A stretch of 64,000 nucleotides of DNA from an uncultured candidate division Zixibacteria bacterium (GCA_963664195.1 OY760907.1:3328001-3392000), one strand, 5' to 3'; numbered from the stretch's first letter, positions 18,110-28,349 are shown. The notes: a model not told the origin generated them from the letters alone. Numbers and translations: made by a program.

Positions 18110-20842
18110 CTACTCTCTACCGGCTCCGAATACGGAGAAGGCTGCCCAGTGAAATGCCGAAGGGAATCGTTCCCTTACAGCCAGGGCTGCCTCCCTGGTG
18201 GATTGATGAACAGTGAGGTTCTTCAAGTATGACGTATAGAACGTGCGCATCCATAGTGCGGTGGATGCGTCGTCCACTGCCCAATGGCTGGCAATAACGT
18301 TGCGTGCGCCCATCTCCAACAATGAGCGCACCAGCCCGGTTGACTCCTCCCCCGGCATGTAGGACTGCTGCCCCGTACGGCACGCGGCAAGCGTCACCAG
18401 CCCGACACGGTTTTGTCTCAAGCGGAAGTCCGCCGCAAACAGCGGACCATCGCTCAACTGAAGCGAAGAATATATCGGATTGTCACTGCGGTACTGTGCA
18501 TGGCCAAGGTAATGCCACACACCACTACTGCCCTCGAGTGGCCAATCGGCACGGCCACACCGCTCGTGACAAGTCACCTTCCATTCAGCGTTATTGTGAA
18601 AGACCGCCAACTCGTCGTTACTCGCCGACAATCCCTCGGTATTACCAACAAACACGTCGACCGTGCGGTCAGGGAGGTCGATTGAAATCGCGTTCAGGAA
18701 GTGCCTGAGGCTGGGATTGACAATCACACTCGTAATCTCAGCCAGAGGTTTTCCGTCAACGATCAACGCCTGCCAGGGGAAATTGGACAATTCACCTTCC
18801 GGCAGGATGAGAATCTCGCGGGATCGAGTGATCTCCTTCAGCGGTCCGAGTAGCCAGTCGCCCATTTCTGCAAACAGACCTGCTTCTTCTTCGGGGTCAA
18901 AAGGTGAGCTGCATCCACCTGAGTGCACCGCACGACCGAGCAGCAACTGCAGGAGGCCTTCGTATCTCCGCAGTCTCTCGCGACCTTCTACGTGTCGATG
19001 ACAGCGAGTCTCGCCTCTAGAGTGAACAAAGGTGAGTATATCTCTGCCGTCCATGTGCACTTGGAAAACCGGAAGTCGCTCAGAAACCTTCGCGAAGGCG
19101 GACCGCAGGTTTGCCTGTTCAGTGACGCGCGTTTTGGACGAGGACTGGATTTCCCGCAGCCCCCGAATCACACGTGTCTGCAGATCGCGGACTCTCCGGG
19201 GTTGCAGACCGGGATTGACTCCGCCGCGAGTAGTCTTGCCGTCCACCTGGGTTGCAAGGGAAGACACCTGCTGGGCAAGCTCGGAGAGATCGTCATGCAC
19301 TCGACGGGAATCAGAGCCAACAGGTGTCCACAGACCGGCGGTACGATGGCGTTCGGACCAGACCGCTGCCTCTTGCGGGTTGTCGTCGGTCAGATCGGAG
19401 ACAAGGCGAAGATATGGATCGTTGCGTCGACGCGAAAGGAACGACCGTACCTCGGCAGGCGGCAGCTTGACGCGAACCGCATCCATCTTCTCCGCTGCCT
19501 TGATCCAGTGCCTGCGAGCGTCGGCCTTTCGTCCCAGCCTGTGAAGGCGATCCCCCAATACCGTCTGCCAGGCGGCAAACAGATGTGGGACTGCCTTTAC
19601 TGCCCGGTTGCGACCGAGTCTCTGGCGGATAGAATCCGCATCGGGGTAAAGTGATAACAGTTCCAGATCGGCAATAGCCTCCCACAGAGGCAGTTGCGTT
19701 CTTGTGAGGCTCTCACGAGCCTTCAACAATTCGGAACGTTGCGTTTTGTCCCCGGAGGCGGCGAGCGCAGACATCACTCCGACCACTGCCTGAAACGACG
19801 GATTATCTGCCTCGCGAAAACCTTCACCCGCACGTTGCAGCGCCCGCTTACCCGACGGAACGTCCCCCACGGACAGCAGCGCTTTGGCCTGAAACAGGCC
19901 TGCCTTGGCGGCCTCGTATTTCAGTTTAAGCTTGCGAGCGGTTCTTTCGGCAGCCCTGGCGGCGTTGCGGGCGTCAGTGAATAAGTTAAGGGCAAGATAT
20001 GTTTCGGCCCTATCAAGCTGGCACAACATGGCACCCTTATGCTGGCCGGCTTGTTGATAGTATGTTTCGCAGTCTGCAAGTCCGGTCAGCGCATGATGAT
20101 AGTTGCCCTGAAGCATTTGAAGCCACGCCAAACCGTACCGACATTCATTCGCGTACAGATCGTAGCCCAGGGTGCGGAATCCTTCCTCGGCCTTCAGGTG
20201 AAGCCGGGTGGCTCCGTCGAAATCGAATGTCTGAACAAGAGTATTCGCGAGGTTGTACCGGCAAACGGCAAGCGATCGTTGGTCGTCTGTAGCCTCAAGG
20301 ACATTGAGTGCTTTTTTGTAGAGTCGGGCGGCGTCAACGTGTCTGTCCTGACGGTGCAACAGGTTGGCGTAGTTGGCCCGCGTTCTGGCGGCCTGGACTT
20401 TGTCACCCAAACGTTCGAATGTCCGTAGCGCGGACCGGTATCTCGAGCGTGCCTCAGAAGTATTGTCGAGATACATGAAGACATCGATCAGGATCAAATC
20501 GACCCTTGCTCGCCAGACAGGATCACGGGCCAACAGCTTTCGGGCTTCAAGGTAGGCGTCGCGCGCAGCAGCGTATTTGCCTCGCACATGTTGAGTCCAA
20601 CCGAATGTTCTCAGGGCGGTTGACAACAGGATCCCGTTGTGAGGCCGTGCCCTGTCGACAAACCTTGCAGCCAGACGCTCCGCCTTTTTGGGCGAACGTT
20701 GTGTCTCCTGACGAATCAGGCCGCTGAGATCACTCGCAAGTCGGTCGACATCAAAGTTGTCCAGCTTGCGACCGACAAGAAACCGCTGCGCCGAAGTTAT
20801 CGGCCTTTTCATCGAAGGGCTCACCATAGTATGCTGTCGCAT
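18110..20842 (-). CDS. TPR + CHAT domain (caspase-like) protease
   Basis: N-terminal TPRs; LILPEGELSNFPWQAL, WHYLGHA (His), VTLAACRTG (Cys), SHWAVDD, FHWAAFSVFG. Confidence 0.9.
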   Translation of the reverse strand: MRQHTMVSPSMKRPITSAQRFLVGRKLDNFDVDRLASDLSGLIRQETQRSPKKAERLAARFVDRARPHNGILLSTALRTFGWTQHVRGKYAAARDAYLEARKLLARDPVWRARVDLILIDVFMYLDNTSEARSRYRSALRTFERLGDKVQAARTRANYANLLHRQDRHVDAARLYKKALNVLEATDDQRSLAVCRYNLANTLVQTFDFDGATRLHLKAEEGFRTLGYDLYANECRYGLAWLQMLQGNYHHALTGLADCETYYQQAGQHKGAMLCQLDRAETYLALNLFTDARNAARAAERTARKLKLKYEAAKAGLFQAKALLSVGDVPSGKRALQRAGEGFREADNPSFQAVVGVMSALAASGDKTQRSELLKARESLTRTQLPLWEAIADLELLSLYPDADSIRQRLGRNRAVKAVPHLFAAWQTVLGDRLHRLGRKADARRHWIKAAEKMDAVRVKLPPAEVRSFLSRRRNDPYLRLVSDLTDDNPQEAAVWSERHRTAGLWTPVGSDSRRVHDDLSELAQQVSSLATQVDGKTTRGGVNPGLQPRRVRDLQTRVIRGLREIQSSSKTRVTEQANLRSAFAKVSERLPVFQVHMDGRDILTFVHSRGETRCHRHVEGRERLRRYEGLLQLLLGRAVHSGGCSSPFDPEEEAGLFAEMGDWLLGPLKEITRSREILILPEGELSNFPWQALIVDGKPLAEITSVIVNPSLRHFLNAISIDLPDRTVDVFVGNTEGLSASNDELAVFHNNAEWKVTCHERCGRADWPLEGSSGVWHYLGHAQYRSDNPIYSSLQLSDGPLFAADFRLRQNRVGLVTLAACRTGQQSYMPGEESTGLVRSLLEMGARNVIASHWAVDDASTALWMRTFYTSYLKNLTVHQSTREAALAVRERFPSAFHWAAFSVFGAGRE

Positions 20843-21393
20843 TCGATATTTGTTGACGGTGAAAGGAGTTGGAGTTTTCGAGGCGGCCTGTTCGAGGTCC
20901 AGAAGTAGCAGCCACGGAATTCGGGGCTCAATCTCTCTTTTCCAATCTTCAGGACGAACTCAGACGATGCCCTGCCGCCCTTGTAGCAGCGCGCCACAAA
21001 GCGGTATCCCTCGGGCCTTCGCTCCACAACCAACTCGAGACTGATGTCACCGGCGGCAAAACGGAGACGCCTCTCCATACCGCAGGCAGAATCACGCAAG
21101 GCGGCCGGGTTCGACTGCCAGGTGTCCAGAACAGATGTCCCGCGAACAAGGTCCCGGGGCATCCAGTTGCCGATCAACAGCGGCAGAATCGCCGAAGAAG
21201 ACGCGCTATCGGAAGACACTCTCGTACGGGAGATGTCTCCGACAGTCTGACTGACTGCCATCAACTCGAACATGGTTCGACATTGCTCGCACTCGTCAAG
21301 ATGCGTCTGAAACGGCACTTCGCCCGTCCTGACAGCCCGCAACATTTCGCCGCGTTCCGGATGTTCTGTGATTGCTCTTGACTGTTTCATCAT
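20821..21393 (-). CDS. Putative zinc-binding anti-sigma factor (ZAS-like N-terminus)
   Basis: H...HLDECEQC (HxxxCxxC); directly downstream of an ECF sigma. Confidence 0.65.
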   Translation of the reverse strand: MMKQSRAITEHPERGEMLRAVRTGEVPFQTHLDECEQCRTMFELMAVSQTVGDISRTRVSSDSASSSAILPLLIGNWMPRDLVRGTSVLDTWQSNPAALRDSACGMERRLRFAAGDISLELVVERRPEGYRFVARCYKGGRASSEFVLKIGKERLSPEFRGCYFWTSNRPPRKLQLLSPSTNIECDSILW

Positions 21394-21446
21394 ACTTGTT
21401 TTGCCTCTGCTCTGTACTTAAGTGCCGTGAGCGTCGGTTCTAGTAC

Positions 21447-21992
21447 CTACCAATAGCCTAATTCCTCAAGAATTTTGCGAAGTTTGTTGAGACAGCGTGT
21501 GCGGGTGGGGCCAAGACTGTTGGCCGGGATGCCGAGATCGCGGGCAATATCGGCGTACTTCTTCTTCTCAGGAGCCAGGAAAATGGCGTCGAGCAGCTTG
21601 TGACATCGATCACCCAGCAATTCCATCCCCTGTTTGAGAATAGCGGCCGATTCAAGCAATTCGAGTTCCCGGTCGGGTAGTCCCTCTGAATGCTCGGGCA
21701 ACTCGGGCTGTTCGCTCTGGTGCCTTGATCTCGACTTGATGATGCGCGTGGCCTCTCGCGAAGCCACTCGAATCAGCCAAACCGGAATGCGATTCGGATC
21801 TTTGATTTTGTGGCGTGATTGATAAAGCGCTGTCCAGGTCTGCTGAGCGCAGTCTTCGGCTTCTGTCGGCTGAAGGCCCGACTTGTTGGCAACAGTATAT
21901 ACGAGCGGACTGAGTCTGTGAACAAGTTGGCTCCAGCAAGCAGGATCCTTGCCCAGAATACCAAACCAGATATTGGATATGCTGTCGTACAT
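21447..21992 (-). CDS. ECF-family RNA polymerase sigma factor
   Basis: AEDCAQQTW region 2, WLIRVASREA, YADIARDLGIPANSLGPTRTRCLNKLR region 4; ORF could start at 22031. Confidence 0.88.
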   Translation of the reverse strand: MYDSISNIWFGILGKDPACWSQLVHRLSPLVYTVANKSGLQPTEAEDCAQQTWTALYQSRHKIKDPNRIPVWLIRVASREATRIIKSRSRHQSEQPELPEHSEGLPDRELELLESAAILKQGMELLGDRCHKLLDAIFLAPEKKKYADIARDLGIPANSLGPTRTRCLNKLRKILEELGYW

Positions 21993-22185
21993 GTCTAACG
22001 CCGTCCCTCGCCCGGTGAGTCCTCGACCCAAAGAAAACCTCGATGCGCATACCTATGATGCAACCTAATCTTCTTTACGCAAGAGGTACGCAAAAGATAG
22101 TTTGTTTATTTTGGTGACGTGGTACTAAACGACGTTGTTCACGCCTCTTTAGTGGGGGAGGATGATGTAGTGCGGACTGTTCGCG

Positions 22186-22647
22186 CTAATCGTCGCTGAG
22201 GCTGTCAAACCGGCTGAGGATCTTTTCGATGAGTATTTTCATCAGCTCATCGCTGAGCGCTTCTTTGTCGATTTTAAGAGACCACTTCCCCGTGCTATCG
22301 ACTTTGAAGCTCACACCCGTCTTGAGTACCGCTATCGCCAGCGTGACTACTACAACGCCGGTCACAAAATCTATCGCCATCTGATCCGGCTTGGGGCCTC
22401 GGGCGAGATCGTCTATGCGTGTTGCCAGTTTTGGTTCGCAAGCCAGCACTTGGAGGGCCGCACGGGCCAAGTCGCCGTCGGTGACTCCGCCTTCGACGCC
22501 TGCCGGGCAGAACTCGTTGCGCAGGGCAGTCTGTTCCTCGGGCGTGAGAGTTTCCTCTTTCCCGTCTGCGCTGAGTTCGTATCGGGCAATTGTGTTCAGC
22601 ACGTAAAGGGCTGTCTTGTCATCCAGATTGGCTATTGTCTCATTCAT
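22186..22647 (-). CDS. Small hypothetical partner of the CHAT-STAND-TPR protein, with an internal hydrophobic segment
   Basis: ATG 22647 with GGAGA RBS overlapping the upstream stop; FVTGVVVVTLAIAVL segment. Confidence 0.7.
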   Translation of the reverse strand: MNETIANLDDKTALYVLNTIARYELSADGKEETLTPEEQTALRNEFCPAGVEGGVTDGDLARAALQVLACEPKLATRIDDLARGPKPDQMAIDFVTGVVVVTLAIAVLKTGVSFKVDSTGKWSLKIDKEALSDELMKILIEKILSRFDSLSDD

Positions 22648-25600
22648 TGGTATCTCTCCGTGATTCAACCTGAGTTCCGTGGGCGGTAGTTACCCCTTCT
22701 GCCACTTCGTCTGCCGAGTCATCGATTTCTGGGAACGGCCCGATATCGGCCTCTTCCCACATAGCTCGGAGTTTGGCCTGGTCCTCGGTGGAAGAATGGC
22801 TAAAAGTCGTCTTGAAAACCGCCGCGCCGCGAGAGGAGTTGTGCTGATCGTTGGTTTTCCGAAACGTCCGGATGCTTTTGATCAGCCATGTGCCTGATTC
22901 AAGTATATTGCCCCGCAATCCGGCGAGTATACCAAGTTGGCCCAAGGTGCTGGCAGCGCCATTTTCGTCGTCTTGTTTCTTCTTGATCGCAAGCGACTTC
23001 TGATACCAAGTCTCCGCCAAATTGAAATCACGCCGCTGCTGCGCAATCACCCCCAACTCGTGGTACGTAAGAGCAGCTCCGTGCCTGTCTTGCTTCTCCG
23101 AGATCGCTAACGACTTCCGATACCAAGTCTCTGCCGAATTGAAATCACCCTGCTCCCGTGCTATCAGACCCAACTGGTGGTAGGCCATCGCCATGCTCTG
23201 GTAATCTGACAGTTTCTCGAAGAGTTCGAGTGTCCTCAAGTGTAGAGACTCCGCTTCAGGGTAGTCTCGTCTCATCAGAGCCAGACTGCCGAGTTGGCCA
23301 TAGCTCTTAGCGGCTCCTCGCTCGTCGCCATGCTTCTCCTTGATCGCAAGCGACTTCTGATACCAAGTCTCCGCCAAATTGAAATCACGCCGCTGCTGCG
23401 CAATCACCCCCAACTGGTGGTACGTTTGAGCAGCTCGGTGCTTGTATTGCTTCTCCGAGATCGCTAACGACTTCCGATACCAAGTCTCTGCCGAATTGAA
23501 ATCACGCCGCTCCTCGGCTATTCTACCCAACTGGTGATAGGCTCCCGCCTCACCCTCCTTGTCTTCGGCAACGACTCTGTTTGCTGCCAGAAGTTCAAAC
23601 AACCGGAAAGCCTCATCGAAGTTGCGGGTTTGGAGAGAGTACTGCGCCAGTGACTGGGTCAGTGCGCCCAGATGGGTATCCTGCTGGAGGCGTGTGGCCT
23701 CGGCTAGAGCGTAGTGGAAGTTGGCACCGTGCAAGAGGAAAAAGTCACGTTGCTCGTGCAACTCTTTGGGAGCAAGTTCATTCGCCAGACTTCCCATGAC
23801 ATCAACGAATGCCCGCGTCCACTTTTCTGCAACATCCTCAGACTGCTTCGCAAGCAGGGACGAGCGCAGATAACCTGTCAGGGCCGGGTGCAATTCGTAG
23901 ATTGCCTGCCCCACGTCCCTAAGTACGCCCGCGCTCGCCAACGCTCCGCAGAACGTGTCAATGTGGTCACGCGTAAGGCCTTCGTCGACCTGTTTTACCA
24001 TGTGCTCAAGCAAGTCGGCATCAACATACCGCTCATGCAATGCCAACGGGATCAGGAGCGGTTGCAACTCATCGGAAAGGCTATCCGTGGCGACTTGAAG
24101 CGCGCTGTACAGTTTTTCAGTGCCTTCACCGAGGTCGGCCATATTGGTCTTGATCGCCTTGATCATCTCCTGCGCAGATTTGCTCTCAAGACGAGGCAAC
24201 ACGACACGCATAGCCAGCGGGTGCCCGTCGAGGAGCTTCATCAACTGAACAAGGCCTTTATCAGTGCGGTCAATCTCTATGCCCAGATCACCAAGAATCT
24301 TATCGCAATACTCCCAACGTTCTTCACCTCGCAGGCCGCCGATAGATATCTTCTGCCGCTCAATGCCCAGCCAATCTTCGTTGCTTCGGCTGGTAATGAT
24401 GACCTTGCTCTTCCCCCCGCGTATCCGCTCCAGCAGAGTTTTCAGTATCTGCCGATCCTCGGACGGCATGGTCGGTTTGATATAGGTGCCGTCTATCCCC
24501 GCCACAACCTCAAAGTTATCCCAAACAATGACAAACTGGTTGGCCCGCAGAGCGCCCACAAGCGCCTCCAACTTCTCGTCTGTCTTGGCCTGGAGAAAGC
24601 CCGACCCAAACAACGCGCTGCCCATCTGGTTGATCACAAACTCTGCGCTGCGGACGTCGATAAACGTCTGCCACAGACAGCCCTGCATTCCCTCGGTTTG
24701 ACCCAGCCATTTCACGAAGCCTTTCGCCAGCGTTGTCTTACCAACTCCGCCCAGACCGCTTATCAGAACGGCCGGAGTGTCTTTGCGCAGAGCACGCTCA
24801 AGTTTGAGCAGTTCACGGTCACGACCGATGAAACCGTACGGGTTGCTGGCATCCTGCGCCTCTTCCGGCAATTGGGTTCCAGCGGCTTCTGCTTTGGCGG
24901 CAACCTGCTCCAACGGAAGTTTGTACGGCTCCAACTGATAGATGACCGGTACAACGAAATCTCTGAGGGGGAACGTCCCCCGGGCGCAAACGCGTTTGTC
25001 CTGCTCAAGCATCTTCTGTCGCCCGGCCAGAGTTGCGTGTGACAGATCGCCTTTCCCGAACAACTCGCGGTAGAAGGCAGGCAGGAATTCCTGCGCCGCG
25101 CTGACGTAGAGCGAGTAGGCCATGGCCACGACACCGCGAATGCCTGCCTTAACCAGAGCCGCCGCCACCGAGGCGAATGGGTCTTCGGCCTTATCGGAGA
25201 TCATAGCCGACTGACAGGCGTTGAGGACCATCATCGGCACGGCATGTTTGCGAAGCAGGGCACTGAGTTTGTCGGGTTTGACGTAATTCGGCTTTCCGTC
25301 ATCATCTTCGAAAACGAGAACGCCCTCCGGCCCCTGATACTGATGGTCACCGTTAGGACCTGAGAATTCGCCCACACCGTAACCGCCGTGGCCGTCGAAG
25401 TGGACGACGTGATAGAAATCCGGGCGCTCCTTCAGATGCTCCAGAAGTCTCTCGAACGTGGGAGGACGGAGCACGTGAACCTTGGCCGGCAGTTTGTGTT
25501 TCTCGATCAGTTCAACCAGCGGGCGCGAGATTGAGCGATAATGGACATCGTCGTCGTACGGTCGTGCCGTCACCAGAAGAATGTTTATGCGGTCTTTCGG

Positions 25601-26098
25601 GAGTTTGTCCGACACCTCGACCGGGTCCCCCACGCCGTTCATGCGACGCTCTACCAAACTTGCAACCGACAAGTACGTCTTTTCAGGCGCATGGAGAGCC
25701 TCCCACGGCCAGCCGAGGACAACGGGATCATCGGACATGATTTGCAGTCGCAGATTGTCGTCGCCCTTTTCGGTGGCTCGGTCGAACCAGCCATAAGGCT
25801 TGCCCGCGCCGAACAGAGCCGTAAAGGTCTTTTTTCCCCAGTCATCGAGAGCGTCGCGGATGTTCTCGGCCCTGACAGTCCACGGATCGTAAGGGTAATC
25901 AAGAAACGTTTCCAGATACCAGGCCAGTCCGGCCATGAGGTTGCTGTCGGGCAGGTCCTGGACCCTGGTGTCGTAGGGAGAGACCACTTCAACGGGATCG
26001 GCAGCTTTGCTGTCCTCCCCGCGTATGACGCTGAACTTCGGCGGGTTACTGTCTGGTTCGTGCTTGATAATCAGTGTGTTCATCTTGCGACCGCTCAT
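22640..26098 (-). CDS. CHAT protease + STAND (NB-ARC-like) NTPase + TPR repeats (NLR-like)
   Basis: HFDGHG and LNACQS catalytic dyad; GLGGVGKT Walker A, VIVWDNFE Walker B, GHPLA (GxP); C-terminal YHQLG TPRs. Confidence 0.9.
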   Translation of the reverse strand: MSGRKMNTLIIKHEPDSNPPKFSVIRGEDSKAADPVEVVSPYDTRVQDLPDSNLMAGLAWYLETFLDYPYDPWTVRAENIRDALDDWGKKTFTALFGAGKPYGWFDRATEKGDDNLRLQIMSDDPVVLGWPWEALHAPEKTYLSVASLVERRMNGVGDPVEVSDKLPKDRINILLVTARPYDDDVHYRSISRPLVELIEKHKLPAKVHVLRPPTFERLLEHLKERPDFYHVVHFDGHGGYGVGEFSGPNGDHQYQGPEGVLVFEDDDGKPNYVKPDKLSALLRKHAVPMMVLNACQSAMISDKAEDPFASVAAALVKAGIRGVVAMAYSLYVSAAQEFLPAFYRELFGKGDLSHATLAGRQKMLEQDKRVCARGTFPLRDFVVPVIYQLEPYKLPLEQVAAKAEAAGTQLPEEAQDASNPYGFIGRDRELLKLERALRKDTPAVLISGLGGVGKTTLAKGFVKWLGQTEGMQGCLWQTFIDVRSAEFVINQMGSALFGSGFLQAKTDEKLEALVGALRANQFVIVWDNFEVVAGIDGTYIKPTMPSEDRQILKTLLERIRGGKSKVIITSRSNEDWLGIERQKISIGGLRGEERWEYCDKILGDLGIEIDRTDKGLVQLMKLLDGHPLAMRVVLPRLESKSAQEMIKAIKTNMADLGEGTEKLYSALQVATDSLSDELQPLLIPLALHERYVDADLLEHMVKQVDEGLTRDHIDTFCGALASAGVLRDVGQAIYELHPALTGYLRSSLLAKQSEDVAEKWTRAFVDVMGSLANELAPKELHEQRDFFLLHGANFHYALAEATRLQQDTHLGALTQSLAQYSLQTRNFDEAFRLFELLAANRVVAEDKEGEAGAYHQLGRIAEERRDFNSAETWYRKSLAISEKQYKHRAAQTYHQLGVIAQQRRDFNLAETWYQKSLAIKEKHGDERGAAKSYGQLGSLALMRRDYPEAESLHLRTLELFEKLSDYQSMAMAYHQLGLIAREQGDFNSAETWYRKSLAISEKQDRHGAALTYHELGVIAQQRRDFNLAETWYQKSLAIKKKQDDENGAASTLGQLGILAGLRGNILESGTWLIKSIRTFRKTNDQHNSSRGAAVFKTTFSHSSTEDQAKLRAMWEEADIGPFPEIDDSADEVAEGVTTAHGTQVESRRDTNE
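22982..23506 (-). repeat. Near-identical ~165-bp DNA duplication inside the TPR region (offset 357 bp)
   Basis: CTTGATCGCAAGCGACTTCTGATACCAAGTCTCCGCCAAATTGAAATCACG... at 22982 and 23339. Confidence 0.85.
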
Positions 26099-26237
26099 TT
26101 TCTAAGGCTCGGCGGAGTCCGGGCCGGTACGTGTATGACTAGATTCGTTGTCGTTCGCGCTAGATAATGGGATTACACCCACCCCTGTCCTGTCATATAT
26201 AATATGGAATCGGTGACCTGTAAAGAGGGATTGCACG

Positions 26238-26269
26238 AAAAAGCGGCTGCCTCAGGTAGAAGCAGCCGC
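26238..26269 (-). terminator. Rho-independent terminator
   Basis: GCGGCTGC/GCAGCCGC stem with T5 on the minus strand. Confidence 0.7.
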
Positions 26270-26293
26270 CAAGTTTGTACAATAGCGAAAGAA

Positions 26294-27406
26294 CTACGGG
26301 CAGGGAGGAAGCGGCAAGAGATCGATAAACAGGTGATCTATCAGCCTGGTCAGGTCACCCATGGTCACAAGACCATCGGCACTCAAATCGATATTCCCCT
26401 CCTCGACACAATTGAGCGGCTCGAGTGTGATGAACATGTGCGAGACCATCGTGGTCAGGTCGCCCATTGTGATCAGGTTGTCAGCGGAGCCGTCGACATT
26501 GCCCACAGAGGGACCGGTGCAGCAGCCTTCAGAAGGCACCAACAGAGTGATCTCGTCGATTCGAACGTCGCCCTCATAATCATCGGTATGCGGCTCTCCC
26601 ACGTACAGGAACTCAAGCGGCTCATCCATGGCAAACACGAGGTCGATGTCGACCGGCGTGGTTTCCTCAATGATGTTCTTCGCCTCATCATATAAACGCA
26701 GCGTAATCGTGCTGTCCTTCTTCTCCAACTCGGCGTAGTACCAGGTGTTGTATGCATAGGTGTAAGCAACGTTCCAGTTCCAGAGAGAAGTGTCCCAGGA
26801 TGAGCCGTCCCACGTCCGCAACAGGTTGCCGCCAGCGTTGGTTTCGGGGGCCATATACACCATATAGACAGGATGGACCGTCTCACCTCCGCCGTAGTTG
26901 ATGTGGTTGTCAATATCAATGACCATCTTTCGATGATAGTGCCACCACAACTCGGCACACTCACTCTCAATGCACGTGTCGTTGGTAACGGTGAGGAAAT
27001 ACATGCCATTCTCGTAATGGCCCGAATGGCTGTTGAAGTCCGGATGGTCGAAGTCTGCCTGTTCGTAGTTACTAAGATCGTAATTGATGTATCCGATTTT
27101 TGTCCGGATCTTGTATTCCTCGGGCAACGAACTGGTGCTGCGGATCAAGGCCGCGTTCCAGAAATCGGGAGCACTGAGTTGCGCATAGCCGTTGGCAACG
27201 GTAATCACGCCGCCGTTAACGAGTTGGAGGATCAGCCAATCGCCGGCGCCAAAGGTCTCTCCGTCGACACCGACGAAATCGGTATCGAAATCCTCCTCGT
27301 GCAGGAGACTCCACCCGGTATCGTCAAAGTCGGTGGTTCCCGCGACTGCGGGGAAAAAGCCCGAAACGAAAACTGCCGACACGATTGCAATCAGTACTCG
27401 AAACAT
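26294..27406 (-). CDS. Secreted beta-sandwich (lectin/ConA-like) protein with C-terminal dockerin-like domain
   Basis: Signal peptide; Trp/Tyr-rich beta domain; CCTGPSVGNVDGSADNLITMGDLT...EGNIDLSADGLVTMGDLT...PCP. Confidence 0.7.
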   Translation of the reverse strand: MFRVLIAIVSAVFVSGFFPAVAGTTDFDDTGWSLLHEEDFDTDFVGVDGETFGAGDWLILQLVNGGVITVANGYAQLSAPDFWNAALIRSTSSLPEEYKIRTKIGYINYDLSNYEQADFDHPDFNSHSGHYENGMYFLTVTNDTCIESECAELWWHYHRKMVIDIDNHINYGGGETVHPVYMVYMAPETNAGGNLLRTWDGSSWDTSLWNWNVAYTYAYNTWYYAELEKKDSTITLRLYDEAKNIIEETTPVDIDLVFAMDEPLEFLYVGEPHTDDYEGDVRIDEITLLVPSEGCCTGPSVGNVDGSADNLITMGDLTTMVSHMFITLEPLNCVEEGNIDLSADGLVTMGDLTRLIDHLFIDLLPLPPCP

Positions 27407-27606
27407 CCGTCCGCTCCCTCGGATTCAATCCATTATACGCTGTTCCACAACTGACGGTTCTCAGTACACTAGTACGAATCGCCAACGCACCGCGTTTGCA
27501 CGTCAGAGCACTCAATATAGTCGGTAGATGGCAGTCCTGCGACAACCGTTTTTTTTGGGGGGGGATCAGGCGATCTCCGGCTCTCCTCGGGAGACCGTTC
27601 AACCAG

Positions 27607-28293
27607 CTATTCCCGAAACCGGTAGCCAACGCCGCGAACGGTCTCAACCAGGTCACCGTAACTACCCAGTTTCTTCCGGAGATTGGCCACGTGGACGTCC
27701 ACCGAACGGTCAGTTACAATCGCATCGTCTCCCCTGACTTGATTGACTATCTGGTAACGGCTCAGCACCCAACCGGGAGACTTAGCCAACGCCAGAAGAA
27801 TACGGAACTCGGTAAATGACAGGTCAACCTGCCGCCCCGCGGCCAACAGCTCATATTTGCCGGGATGGATTTGCAGGTCATGGATCTGAATCGGGTCCTG
27901 CGAGTTGACTTCCATGGCAGCCTTGCGACGCAAGACAGCCCTGATGCGGGCAATGAGCACTCGGGGACTGAACGGCTTGGTCAGATAATCATCGGCACCG
28001 ACTTCAAGACCGGCAACGATATCGGACTCTTCTGTTTTGGCCGTGACGATGATAATTGGTATGTGCTTTGTACCGGCCTCGGTTTTGACAATACGGCACA
28101 GCTCAAGACCGTCCATCTCAGGCATCATCAGATCCAGGACGATCAACTGCGGCATATTGGCCTTGATTTCGTCCAACGCCTCGATACCGTTGGCTGCAAG
28201 ACTCACGCGGTAGCCCTCGCGCGTCAGGTTGAATCTGACCAGTTCCTGTAGGTCGTGTTCGTCTTCTACTACGAGTATCTTTTCGCGTCCCAT
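27607..28293 (-). CDS. phoB: OmpR/PhoB-family response regulator (PhoB/PhoP-like)
   Basis: VVEDE, LDLMMP, GLEVGADDYLTKPFSPR, DRSVDVHVANLRKKL, ETVRGVGYRF; 11-bp repeats upstream. Confidence 0.7.
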   Translation of the reverse strand: MGREKILVVEDEHDLQELVRFNLTREGYRVSLAANGIEALDEIKANMPQLIVLDLMMPEMDGLELCRIVKTEAGTKHIPIIIVTAKTEESDIVAGLEVGADDYLTKPFSPRVLIARIRAVLRRKAAMEVNSQDPIQIHDLQIHPGKYELLAAGRQVDLSFTEFRILLALAKSPGWVLSRYQIVNQVRGDDAIVTDRSVDVHVANLRKKLGSYGDLVETVRGVGYRFRE

Positions 28294-28349
28294 GGCTTTT
28301 GCTCACCTCTGGCTGAATTATAGCAGTTGACGGAAGTAACGTGTGCTCT

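Noticed and set aside
23714..25042. 442-aa plus-strand ORF
   Set aside because: Antisense to the CHAT-STAND gene; no recognisable features.
27549..27564. T8G8 homopolymer run as a phase-variation tract
   Set aside because: Intergenic, downstream of the regulator, with no evident overlap with a promoter or CDS; cannot be supported.
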